DNA of 64,000 nt from Octopus sinensis (Eukaryota): NCBI RefSeq assembly GCF_006345805.1, contig NC_042997.1, positions 188,232,001 to 188,296,000 on the forward strand. The letters run 5' to 3'. The notes beneath the pieces were generated by a model, which saw nothing but the letters and a program-made list of their open reading frames with translations, was not told the origin of the DNA and ran no database searches. Positions 27,150 through 39,769 of this stretch are shown here, one piece after another (the first letter of the stretch is position 1; each line of letters begins with the position of its first letter). The position numbers and the translations under genes were made by a program.

Positions 27150-28024
27150 AGAAAGAGAGCATATGTGTATATGTGTATGGTCGAATGTCTGTGTGTGTGT
27201 GTATAATTGTAATGTGTCTGTGGATAAGTATGTGCATGTGTTGCTGTGTCTATGATTGCGTGTGTATGTGTGTCCGCGTGTGTGTGTGTGAATGTATTGC
27301 TGACTGCGTGTGGATATATGTATGTGTGAGTGTGTGTGTAACAGGGAGAGAGAGTGTGAGAGAAAAAATGTGTGCATGTATGTGCTTGTGTATAAATGTG
27401 TGTGTGTGATCTGTGAGATATGTATGTGTGTATGGTTGAATGTATGTGTGTATGGTTGAATGATGTATGTGTGTGCTTGTGAAAGTGTATCCGAGAGCTT
27501 ATATCTATGGTTGAGCGTGAATTTATGTGTTTTAGTGTGTGTATGGTTGTATGTGTATATGCCTGTGAGTAACAGTGTGTATTAGTATGTGTGTGTATGT
27601 GTGAATATATATGTGTGTCTGAGAGTAAATTAGTGTTTCTGTGTGTGTATGTGTTGGTGTGTGTATGGTGGAATAGTGAGAATATGTGTATGTGCTTATC
27701 TGTAAGCATGTGTTTGAGTGTGTGTGTATGTAGGAATGTATATATGGTTGTGTGTGTATTAGTATGTGTGTGTGTGTATTGTATTATCATGAGTGTGATT
27801 GAAGTGCATTAGTGCAATAGTGTGTGAGGCTGTATGTCTCCTTGTATGTATGGTCGAGGATGTGTTGGTGGATGTATGAGGTGTGTGTATGTGCATGTGT
27901 ATGTTGGTGTAAATGTGTGTTGGAGTGTGAGTTTGTATGTCCATGCGTTGGAGTGTGTGCGAAGTTTTGTATCTGTTGGTATGTATTTGTATGGTTGTGT
28001 ATGTATGTGTGTGTTTGTGTATGT

Positions 28025-28325
28025 GTGTTTGTATATTGGTGTGTGCATGGCTCTGTGTGTGTGTGTGTTTGTATATTGGTGTATGCATGGCTCTGTGTGT
28101 GTGTGTGTGTGTTTGTATATTGGTGTATGCATGGCTCTGTGTGTGTGTGTGTGTGTTTGTATATTGGTGTATACATGGCTCTGTGTGTGTGTGTTGGTGT
28201 GGTTGTATGGTTGTGTATGTGTGTGTGTACATATTGGTGTATGCATGGCTGTGTGTGTGTGTTTGTATATTGGTGTATGCATGGCTGTGTGAGTGTATGT
28301 GTGTGTGTTTGTGCATTGGTGTATG
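28025..28325. repeat. Minisatellite, about 36-44 bp unit, about 7 copies
   Basis: GTTTGTATATTGGTGTATGCATGGCTCT(GT)n repeated. Confidence 0.9.
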
Positions 28326-29027
28326 TACAGCTTGATATGTGTGTACATGTGGAGTTTGTATCAGTTAGCGTGTGTGTCTGTACGGCTATGTATGTGGTTA
28401 TGTGTTGACATGTGTATGGTTCCGTGTGTTATATGCGCGTGCATATTAGTTCGAGTGTTAATGGTTGTGTATGTAATGATTGGAATGCGTTTGTTGTGTC
28501 TTTGTGTGTGTGTGTGTCAGTTTGTGTGTTATGGTTGAATGTATGCATGCATATACATGCATGTATGTGTGTGTGTTCCTTTGAATTTGTATGGATGTAT
28601 GGCTTATAAGTGTTGGCTCACATAAGTATGATTGCGTGCATGTGTCTACATTGAAATATGTGTTTACAACTATCTGCAAATGCGTGTCGATGTATTCGCG
28701 TACTGGTGTGTTAACGGTTTGTAAACAGTTTATGTGTGGTTATATATACGGTTCAGTAAGTGTGCGTTAACACAGGAATATGATGATGCATGCAGAGAAT
28801 GCGATCTTCTGCTCGTGTGCATGTGTGTACGTAGGTGTGTTTATGGTTGAATGTATGCGTTTTTATGTGATGCTCTGCGTGTGGGTTTGCTTGTGAAGAT
28901 TAGATCATATGTTGTATGCTTGTGTGTGTTGTGTATATGCTGTGTTTGATGATGGGGTGTATATAAGAGTATGCAAATTCAATAATGTTTATGTATGTTT
29001 GAGTTTGTGTGTGTGTATATATATATA

Positions 29028-29080
<53 letters not shown>

Positions 29081-30109
29081 ATACATATATATATATGGAT
29101 ATATACATATATACATATATACATTTACATATATATATGCATCATCATCATCATCGTTTAGCGTCCGTTTTCCATGCTAGCATGGGTTGGACGGTTCTAC
29201 TGTCCATATATATATATATACATAGATACATATATATATACATACATATATATATATACATATATATATGCATATATACATACATACATATACATACATA
29301 TATATACATACACATATATATACACATTCATAGGTATATACATATATATATATACATATATATATATATGTATGTATACATATATACATGTATATATACA
29401 TGTATATACACATATATATATATACATGTATATACGCATATACATATATATACATGTATATTCACATATACATATATATGCACATATACACAAATATATA
29501 TATATATATATACACATATACATATATATACATACACATATATACACATATACATATATACACATATATATATATACACATATACACATATACATATATA
29601 CATATATACACATATACATATACACACATATACATATACACATAAATATATATATATATATATATACATATATATACAGACACACAAACACACATATATG
29701 TTTATGTGAGAATGAGGTATCAGTGCATGTAAACATATATGAGTGTGAAGATATATTTGTGTGTGTGTATGTGTGTGTGTGTGTGTGTGTTTAAGTGTAT
29801 GTATTAAGAATTGACTAACATATTGTTGTATGTACGTATATGTGTGTGTTGGTAAATGAATACAGTAGAGTGTATGAGTGTGTTTGTGTATATGTCAACA
29901 TGCAAATATGTTTGTGTGTGCAAGTGCGTGTGAGTATGTGTGCATGTGTGTGTGTGTGTGTCTGTGTGTATTTGCAGGTAAGAATAAGTTCATAGTTGGC
30001 AGTGTCTGTATGCCTGTGTGAATGGGAGAATATGTGTATGCATGCAAAGAATGTGCTCGTGTGTTTGTTTTGTATGTATGTCTGTGTGTGTGTTGGTGTC
30101 TGTGTACAC

Positions 30110-30141
<32 letters not shown>

Positions 30142-30381
30142 GCAGAGGTGCATGTATGAATGTAACAACATTAATAATTTAATGTTTCTGTACTAGTGTA
30201 TATATATCAGAACTGAAACTCAGCTCATTGTGTTTGTGTTTGCTTTAGTGTATGCGTGTGTATGTGGAAGCCTGCATCTCAATGAGTATGAATATGAGAA
30301 TTCATCTGTGAATGCATAGCACCAAACATACACACACAAACACCCATGCATTATACATACATACATATGTGTGTGAGTGTA

Positions 30382-30417
<36 letters not shown>

Positions 30418-31094
30418 TGTATATATGTGAGCGTATATATAAGTGTGTATATATGTATATATATGCGAGTGTATATACATGTGTATATATATGTGTGTGT
30501 GTATCTTATATTCATACATTCAAATATTTTTGCTTGTACGTGTGTAGCATATTAGGATTAATTAATTTATTTGTTTGTATATTTATTTACTTATTTACCA
30601 GTGTGATTCACAAAACCCATCACACATACAAACACACACACATACACAGACTCACAGACACACACACACACACGCACAGACAATTCATTTGCTGTAATTT
30701 TCAAGAAGTAACAAAGTTATAAATGACTGCAATTTAAACTAGCCAACCAAAATGTATAATCTGCTCTCTTAGTTTATAATACCAGTTACACTGCCTAAAC
30801 AGCCATTTCCATCTGTGTAATATTAGAGCAATTTTGCCGACAATACAATCAACGATTTTCCGCACAGAACTGGTGGAATTATGACAGAAATCGATCGCAG
30901 TCGACGACCGGCCATCTATAAAAGCATACAATGTTCTTTGTATTGCTGTCAATATGAGCTACTTGAGTTCCTAGCACATCTGTCTACATATCCTGACTAT
31001 CACATGCGATAGCAGATTTTTGTTCCTCCAAAGAAAAGAATTTGTAGCAGAGTATGTTGTGTGTGTATGTGTATGTGCATATGCGTGTGTGTGT

Positions 31095-31860
31095 GGGGTC
31101 TGTGTGTGTGTGTGGTCTGTGTATGTGTGCATGTGTGTGTATGTCAGTGTGTTTGTGTCTGTGTGTGTATGACAGTGTGCTTGTGTCTGTGTGTGTATGG
31201 CAGTGTGCTTGTGTCTGTGTGTGTATGGCAGTGTGCTTGTGTCTGTGTGTGTATGGCAGTGTGCTTGTGTCTGTGTGTGTATGGCAGTGAATTTGTGTCT
31301 GTGTGTATATGTCAGTGTGCTTGTGTCTGTGTGTGTGTATGACAGTGTACTTGTGTCTGTATGTGTATGTCAGTGTGCCTATGTCTGTGTGTGTGTGTAT
31401 GACAGTGTGCTTGTGTCTGTGTGTGTATGTCAGTGTGCTTGTGTCTGTGTGTGTATGTCAGTGTGCTTGTGTCTGTGTGTGTATGGCAGTGTGCTGTGTC
31501 TGTGTGTGTGTGTATGTCAGTGTGCTTGTGTCTGTGTGTGTATGTCAGTGTGCTTGTGTCTGTGTGTGTGTGTGGTCTGTGTATGTGTGCATGTGTGTGT
31601 ATGTCAGTGTGTTTGTGTCTGTGTGTGTATGGCAGTGAATTTGTGTCTGTGTGTGTGTGTATGACAGTGTGCTTGTGTCTGTGTGTGTATGTCAGTGTGC
31701 TTGTGTCTGTGTGTGTGTATGTCAGTATGCTTGTGTCTGTGTGTGTATGTCAGTGTGCTTGTGTCTGTGTGTGTATGTCAGTGTGCTTGTGTCTGTGTGT
31801 GTATGTCAGTGTGCTTGTGTCTGTGTGTGTGTATGTCAGTATGCTTGTGTCTGTGTGTGC
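31095..31860. repeat. Minisatellite, 28-32 bp unit, about 25 copies
   Basis: GTATGDCAGTGTGCTTGTGTCT(GT)n repeated. Confidence 0.93.
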
Positions 31861-32228
31861 GAGTGTTTATCTCTCTAACAGAGTGTATATGTATCTTTGT
31901 GTCTGTGTGTGCATTCATATTTAATCATCTTAAACAGAATATATGAGTGTATGTGTGTCAGTGTGCATCACTCTAACAGAGTGTATATGTGTATTATTTC
32001 TTTGTGCATGTGTTTCGGAATGTGTATATGTGGAGAGAGTGAGAAAGAGAGCGAGAGACTGAGAGAGATTTGGACAGATAGATAGATAGATAGATAGATG
32101 TAGATGAAGATATAAATAGATAAATAGAAAGATGGGAACAGAATGATGTGCTACAAGGTAAATGTACATATATATATAATATATATATATATACACACAC
32201 ACATACATATATACACATATGCCTATAT

Positions 32229-32460
32229 TTGTATGTGTTTGTCTTTGAATCTGTGTTTGCGCCCCCGCCCCCACCCCACCTGCCACTTGACAACTGGTGT
32301 TGGTGTGTTTATGTCCCCTTAATTTAGCAATTCAGCAGAAAAGACTGATAGAATAAGTACCAGGCTTAATAAAAAGTTCTGGGGTCAATTCATTTGATTA
32401 AAATTCTTCAAAGTAGTTCCCTAGCATATCTGCAGTCTAATGACTAAAACTAGTAAAAGA
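32229..32460 (+). mobile_element. SINE family A, diverged 3' half
   Basis: CTTGACAAC...GATAGAATAAGTAC...GTAAAAGA. Confidence 0.75.
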
Positions 32461-32619
32461 CACATACATACATACATACATACATACTTATACACACACA
32501 AAAGAGAATGGTATAATTGTTCAACCTCTTCTTTTGTTTTCATAAATTACAGAAACAAGAGTGTGCGTAATTTTTGACTTAACCTCATACATATATATAT
32601 ATATGTGGGGAAGGGGGTA

Positions 32620-33658
32620 AATCTGTGGTTGGAGCAAAGTTTCCGCTAGCCCAAGGGTGACATGGTGGTGGAACAGTGAGATAGAGAGGGCTATAAAAGA
32701 GACAAGATGGGCTTGGAAAGACTGGAAGAGTGTTGGGTAGCAAAGAACCATGTCCTGTAACTAAAAGAGAAGCTAGGCATCAGGTATATCTAGCAAGGGC
32801 AGAAGGAGAGAGGAAGAGTTGTGCCAATGTCTTACAGCATGAAGATCAGAGACTTGAGGTGTTCCATATTACCAGACGGTGTGTTGTAGAGAAGCAAGAT
32901 GTAGGAGAGAAGTGTGTACAGACAGGTAATGGTATACTTACTCTTAGTGATCTTGAAAGACCTACTATGAAAGTAAATGCAGTGAATGAATGAATGAATG
33001 AGAGAAAGGGAGTCTTCCTCATGTGAACCCAACAGAGGGATCAGCTATCCTAGTTGACAGCAGCATGACAGATAAGGCCATTAAAGATATGAAGACAGGG
33101 AAGGCCCCTGGCCCATCAGGGGTCAATTCCGAGATACTCAAGATGTCTGGTGGAGTTGGATACAGTTTACTCACCTATATAGTTAATCAGGTTATTCAGG
33201 AAGACATAATTCCTTGTTACTGGTGTGGTAGCATCATTGTGAGCAGCTACAAGGGCAAGGGAGAAGCCTTAGATAGAAATAATTATAGAGGCATCAAATT
33301 GCTCAACCAGCTGATAAAAGTTGCAGAGAGAGTTATAGCTCAATTAATTAGGAACAGAATTAGGCTAGTCCAGGGGAGAAGCACCATGGATGTTATTTTC
33401 ATAGTCAGGCAACTGTATGAGAAGTATTTAGCTAAGAACAAGCTATTGTACCTGGCATTTGATGATGTAGACAAAACTTTTGATTGAGTACCTCGCTTTG
33501 TGATATGGTGGTTTCTGAGGAAGCCTGGGATAGACAAATGGCTTGTGAAAGCAGTAAAGGCCATTTACAAAGGTACTGTTAGTAAAGTAAGAGTTGGCCA
33601 TGGGTACAGAGATGAATTTTGTACACAGGTAGGAACTCATCAGGATTTGGTTCTCAGT
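32620..33658 (+). mobile_element. RTE LINE, outer copy, part 1 (RT N-terminal region, decayed)
   Basis: KTGKAPGPSG, YKGKGEALDRNNYRGIKLL, GRSTMDVIFIVRQL, LAFDDVDKTFD, VGTHQ. Confidence 0.92.
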
Positions 33659-33660
33659 TT

Positions 33661-36600
33661 CATCATCATCATCATTATCATTTAACATCCGTTTTCCGTG
33701 CTGGCATGGGTTGGACAGTTTGACTGAGGTCTGGAGAGTCAGCAGTTGCACCAGACTCCAATCTAATCTGGCAATGTTTCTATAGCTTGATGCCCTTCCT
33801 AACACCAGCCACTCTGAGAGTGTAGTGGTGCTTTTTTATGTGCCACTGGCAGAGGAGCCAGTCAGGCAAGCCTGGCATTGATCATGTTCGGATAGTACTT
33901 TTGGCCATAATCAGTTGGTGCTTTTTATGTGCCACTAGCATGAGAGCCAGTCAGGGAGTATGGACATTGGCCACATTCAGATGGTACTTTTTATGTACCA
34001 CAGGCATGGGAGCCAGTCAGGCAGACCTGACATCGATTATATTTGGATGGTGCTTTTTATGTGCCACTGGTACGGGAGCCAGTCAGGGGGCACTGGCCAC
34101 AGCAATGATATTGGTTTTACTTGACTCAACAGGTCTTCTTAAGCATATCATATCACATGAAGCATCAAGGGTACTCTTAACTGTGACAGACATGCATGGC
34201 TGTGATCTCACTTTAGTTGTTGGGTCTTCTCACTCACAGCATATCTCCAAAGATCTCGGTCTCCAGTCATTGCCTCTGTGAGGCCCAATATTTGAAGGTC
34301 ATGCTTTACCACCTCATCCCATGTCTTCTTGGGTCTACCTCTTCCACAGGTTCCTTCCACAGTTAGGGAGTGGCACTTCCTCACACAGCTGTCCTCATCC
34401 ACATGTAACACCTGACCATACTAGTGCAGTCGTCTCTCTTGCACACCACATTTGATGCTTCTTATACCTAACTTTTCTCTCAGTCTGCTTATACTCTGTC
34501 ATGTATGCACACTGATATTACACATCCAACGGATCATACTAGCTTCATTTCTTTCAAGCATACATATGTCCTCAGCAGTCATGGCCCATGTTTCACTGCT
34601 GTGTAGCATGGCATTCCACACATGTGCATCATACAGTCTACCTTTCATCCTAAGCGAGAGGCCCTTTGTCACCAGCAGAGGTAGGAGCTCTCTGAACTTT
34701 GTCCAGGCTATTCTTATTCTAGCCACTACACTCTCAGAGCAACCAGCTATTAGAGCATAGAGAAGCTTCCAGGGACATCTGGTCTTAAATTCCTCTGTTA
34801 TTGCCTGGAGGACTATGATGAATAAGACGGGGCTGAGGACTGATCCTTGGTGGACCCCTATCCCTACCCGGAATTATTCACTATACTCTTTGCCAACCCT
34901 CACCTTAATGACAGCATTCCTGTACAGGGCTTGTACAGCTCTTACCAACCACTATCCCTAGTTTCTGCATTGACCACTAGATAAGGGATTGGGGGACCCT
35001 GTCAAAAGCTTTCTCCAAGTCAACAAAAGCCAAGTACAGAGATTTATATTTGGCAAGATATTTCTCCTGCAGTTGCCTTACCAGAAACATAGCATCAGTG
35101 GTGCTTCTGCCTGGCAGAAAACCAAACTGCATCTCATCTAGGCTAACTCTCTCTCTAATTAGTTGGGCTATGACCTTCTCCATAACTTTCATCACCTGAT
35201 CCAATAATTTGATACCCATATAGTTATTTCTATCTAAAGCATCACCTTTACCTTTGTAGCAGTTAACTATTGTGCTGCTACACCAAGTCATTGGGTATGA
35301 CTCTTTCATGAACTACCTGATTTATGATGCAGGTGACTAGACCATAACCCACACCACCTAATATTTTAAGCATCTCAGCAGTGATTCCTGATGGGCCAGG
35401 TGCTTTTCCTGTCTTCATATCCTTAACTGCTTTATCTACCAGGTCAATTCGGTAGCTGGTCCTTCAGTTGGATCAAATTTTGGCAGACTCACCTCCTCCC
35501 ATTCCTTCTCCACATTTATCAGTCTTTCATAATGGCATCTCCAAGCCTCTTTCTTTGCAGAATCATTAAATGCAAGAGCACCATCATCCATGTGGACACA
35601 TTTCTTTCCTATGACATCACGGTGTTCTCTCACACACTGTCTTGCAATCCGAAATACTTCAGTTCTTTGGTCCTCACATTGCTGAACATTAGCAAACTTC
35701 TTTTCTGTTACTCCCTTAGCTATATATACCTATTTCTTTATTACCCACAAGGGGCTAAACACAGAGCAGACAAACAAGGACAGACATAGGTATTAAGTCG
35801 ATTACATCGACCCCAGTGCGTAACTGGTACTTAATTTATCGACCCCGAAAGGATGAAAGGCAAAGTCGACCTCGGCAGAATTTGAACTCACAACGTAACG
35901 CAGACGAAATACCGCTAAACATTTCGCCCGGCGTGCTAACGTTTCTGCCAGCTCGCCTTAGCTATATATACCTGTTTCCTAGCTTCCCTTTTGCCTATCT
36001 CATACATTCCCCTGCTACCCCTACTCCTCGAGGCCTTCCAAGCCTGTTTCTTTGTTCTAATGGCCCTGTCTACAGTATTGTTCCACCACCATGTTACCCT
36101 AGGTCTGGAAGGGACTTTGCACCAGCCACAGGTTTGGCCTGTGGCACTCAGCAAGCTGTCTTGCAGGAATTCCCAGCTGCCTTCTATGTCACAAGAGTGT
36201 AGTTCCTCCTCCCTATCATCAAATTTCTCGGTAAGGACATCCCTAAATCTCTGACCATGTGAAGGGTTCTTAAGCTTCCAAGTCCTTCTTTTCCAGATTG
36301 GTCTTTTTGGTATCCTTCTGGCCTTGAGTCTAAAGTCACTAATAACTAGTCTGTGTTGAGGGTACATTCTTCACTAAGGACGGTCTTTGTATTGAAGAGC
36401 AACCATGCATCCTGCTGTCTGGTGAGAATGAAATCAATCTGGCTAGCAGAGTCACCTGATTGATAGGTTATCAGGTGGCTAGCTGGCTTCCTGAAGTTGG
36501 TGTTGCAGATCAATAGTACCAACTCCATGGAAGATACCAGGTTGCTGTCCAGCATGCGCATTAAAATTTCCAGCCACGAAGATAAGATCATTGTCACTCA

Positions 36601-37290
36601 TCTTTGAGGTAGCCTGCAGGAGAATATCATAAAAGTGATCTTTCTGTTCATTTGGTAGGCTCGCTTGTGGGGTGTAGGCAGAGATAATTGTAGCTATACT
36701 ATTCTGCAAGACTAGCCTGAGTTTAAGTACTCTGTTGCACACCCTCACTACCTTAAGCACCCATTTCTCTGCACACCCCCTATTCCATCACTGTTACCTT
36801 CCCAGAAAAGTTTATACCTATGTGCTTTGTTTGTGAGGACTCTGGCTGAAGCTCCTCTCCATCTTACCTCTTGTACACAACATACATCAATACATCTCTG
36901 TTGAAGCATCTCTGCAATCTCCCTAGACCTACCTCCCAATGTGCCTACATTTACAGTGCCAACTCTGAAAACTGGGAAAGAGATATGGGAGGTAACACAG
37001 GAAGGAGAGATGTTATTCAGCACCTGAAAAGAAGGTTCCCTTAACAGTTGTTCTTGCTTTTAACCTACCATCATTCAAACATGTTAGAGTTAAGGTTGTT
37101 GCCTCTAATGGGGTGGGGGTGAAGCATTGTATATAAAAGTGCTTAGGGCATTGTAAATATAAGCATTATGAGCATTGTGGATGTAAGCATTACTGATGCT
37201 GCAGATATAAATGTAAAAAGAAAAAAAGAGGGTAAGTGGGCTGCAATCTGGTTTAATTAGTCTAGAGATAGGTTTAGGAGAAAGGAGAGG
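33661..37290 (-). mobile_element. RTE LINE, inner copy, near full length with internal deletion (APE endonuclease + RT)
   Basis: RVGTVNVGTL..DVCCVQEVRW, IISAYTPQ, GNFNAH, SQIDFIL, QHRLVI, QFGFLPGRSTTDA, AFVDLEKAFDRV, RGRPKKTW, tandem 3' UTR and (GAT)n tail; 5' boundary approximate. Confidence 0.95.
35729..35957 (-). mobile_element. SINE family B (B1 tail) inserted in the inner RTE
   Basis: 18-bp TSD CCTTAGCTATATATACCT at 35714-35731 and 35956-35973. Confidence 0.95.
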
Positions 37291-37905
37291 GCGCTCCAGG
37301 CCATAACAGGGGAATTTAAGACTGGAAGCCCATGGGAACTACTATATGCTGAAGATTTTGCTCTCATAGCAGAATCTGTAACAGAATTAGAAAAGAAATT
37401 CCTGGTGTGAAAACAGAATTTGGACTCAAAGTGTCTTAAAGCAAACTTAGCAAAGACTAAGGTCCAAGTAAGTAAGAAATTGGATGGGACCCTTCAACTT
37501 TCTAGTAAATGGCCCCACTGAATATGTAGGAAAGGTATAGGCCAAAATTTCATTTAGTGTACCAGTGCAAGCTATGGACACACAAGAGACGCAGTAGAGT
37601 AAAAGGAAGGTTAACAGAGAAAGTAGTATTTGTCTGTGGAAGATGTACAGGAGCCATAAAGACCAGATACACAGGAAACCGATTTCCTTTAAATGTCCTG
37701 GTGGCTTTTTGGAAGTTGTAAATAATTTTTGCTACCTAGGTGACTTAATTAACAGTGGATGAGGTTGTACAGGAAGTGTAATTGCTAGAATGAGAATAAG
37801 ATGGAAACAGTTCAGAGAGCTTTTACCTCTGTTGGCAGTCAAAGGTCTCTCTTTCCAAGTGAAAGGAAGGTTGTATGAAGCATATATTATACAAACTGTG
37901 TGTAT
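37291..37905 (+). mobile_element. RTE LINE, outer copy, part 2
   Basis: LQAITGEFKTGSPWELLYAEDF, NLAKTKV, Cys-rich insert, FCYLGD, RIRWKQFRELLPLL; continues the copy broken at 33658. Confidence 0.9.
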
Positions 37906-37972
37906 GTGTGTGTGTTTATTTATGTGCATATATATTCTCTTTCTCTCTCTCCTCTCTCTCTCTCTCTCTATA

Positions 37973-38053
<81 letters not shown>

Positions 38054-38077
38054 ATATATATAATATATATATATATA

Positions 38078-38455
38078 CTAGCAGTATCGCCCGGCGTTGC
38101 TCAGGTTTGTAAGGGAAATAACTATAAAGCATTTTTAGAGAGTTATAGCCGAAAAACAGCAATAAGATGGAAAAAAATGATAGTAAATTTTTTTTTAGTT
38201 AAAAAAGGTGGAGTTGCGTCTCCTAGACAGTTTGCGGTTTGTGTTTCTGATTCTCGACCCCATGTCGAATTTATCGATTTTTTTCAGAACTGGAGGAACT
38301 TTTCAAAATTTTCGCTGCGTTAGTTTTGAATTATGACATTGGGCTATGTGTGTGTCAAGTTTCATCAGAATCTGTTGAAAGCCGTGGTCAGGATGAGGGT
38401 ACAAGAAAACAGACACACAGAAACACGCACAGACAAACTGCCGTTTATATATAGA
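38078..38455 (-). mobile_element. Non-autonomous Helitron-type element
   Basis: Minus strand starts TC and ends GCAACGCCGGGCGATACTG-CTAG between A and T; 3' end shared with 43214-43726. Confidence 0.82.
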
Positions 38456-38456
38456 T

Positions 38457-38493
<37 letters not shown>

Positions 38494-38869
38494 TCTCTAC
38501 AGTGATTGTTGAGAAAGGGTAAGGTTGTGAGGTCTCTTTAGTCTTGTCTCACTAAGAACTTATTAACTTCTAGTATTGGGGTCAGAAGGAAATGCACCCA
38601 AGGAAAGGCATCCATCCACGGAAACTAAGTCAAATGACATATATGAGCAGCAGTCTATGGTAGCAGTAGGTTCGAATAAGAAATGACTGACAGCTCTCAA
38701 ACCCATGCCTTCATGGAAAGTGAATGTAAATGATGATGATGATAATGATGATTATGTTGATGAAGAGGAGGAGGACAATGATGCAGATGATGATGATGGC
38801 AACAGTCATGACAACAATGATGAAGACAATGATAGTGATGATGACAATATATGAATTAATTTTCTTAAA

Positions 38870-39290
38870 GAACAAGAGATAAGCCTCAAGTGCCTGCAAC
38901 AAACTTCATAACACCTGGCAATCAAGTATTTCATAATCAACAAGGCTGACCTTCTTTAGGGTATGTTTGGAAAGCATTCTCCTATATGGAGCCAAAGCAT
39001 TGACTGTGAAAAAGGAGCTTCAAGATTATGTAGACTACATACACCAGGCTCCTCATGTGAGCTTCAAACACCCCATGGCATGAACACAAGACCGAAGAAG
39101 AGATTTATGGAAACATTCCAACCATCTCTACTATTGTATGGAAAGCTTTGCTGGCCACTGCTGTTGTGCCAAACAACAGGCCATACCAGAAACTTCCACG
39201 TTCTAATAGATAAAGACCACTCAACTTCATTGATGTTATTAACAGAGGAGGCACGCAATATAAAATTGAAGACTTGCCAAAGTTAATGGG
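38870..39290 (+). mobile_element. Old RTE-like LINE C-terminal fragment
   Basis: ACNKLH..W, FFRVCLESILLYGA, YTRLL, FAGHC. Confidence 0.65.
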
Positions 39291-39344
39291 AGACAGATAT
39301 TCCTGGTTTTGATATCATGAAACACATCTTGAGTACAGCAGCTT

Positions 39345-39387
<43 letters not shown>

Positions 39388-39393
39388 TACATA

Positions 39394-39526
39394 CGTTAGG
39401 AAGGGCATCCAGCCGTAGAAACACTGCCAGATCAGACTGGGCCTGATGCAGCCTTCTGGTTTCACAGACCCCAGTTGAACCGTCCAACCCATGCTAGCAT
39501 GGAAAATGGACGCTAAATGATGATGA
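39394..39526 (+). mobile_element. RTE 3' tail fragment
   Basis: AGGAAGGGCATCCAGCCGTAGAAAC...(GAT)n. Confidence 0.88.
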
Positions 39527-39769
39527 TATATATATATATATATATATATACATATCAGCTCAGCTATCTCTCAACCCCTGCATCAGTAGCTTCCTGGTGG
39601 TTTGCATCCTTGCATCATGTGCTGACAGAGCTTTTTCTGTCTCACTCCCAATCAAACTCCAGTGTGCACCAGGGTTCAGCTTTATCCCCCAGTCTCTTCT
39701 TGAACAAATCTATGAGAAAATTTCAAATCACAAGTTCATGATGCAGCATCTGCCACTTTGGGCAACAAG

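Larger units (their letters stand above)
26570..32225. repeat. About 5.6-kb field of degenerate (TG)n/(CA)n/(TA)n/(AG)n/(GATA)n repeats
   Basis: Directly visible; source of the many Cys/Val and His/Thr/Tyr ORFs. Confidence 0.95.

Noticed and set aside
26836-31946. Cys-rich (metallothionein-like) and His-rich ORFs up to 315 aa
   Set aside because: Translations of (TG)n/(CA)n and derived minisatellites, open in overlapping frames on both strands
33023-37023. RTE ORFs as functional CDS
   Set aside because: Multiple stops, frameshifts, deletions and insertions; reported as mobile element remnants instead
37020-37040. Splice-acceptor-like TTCTTTTCAG just upstream of the RTE ORF (also 48645-48653)
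   Set aside because: The sister copy has its own ATG at 48662, and pyrimidine-AG strings are common; no evidence of splicing
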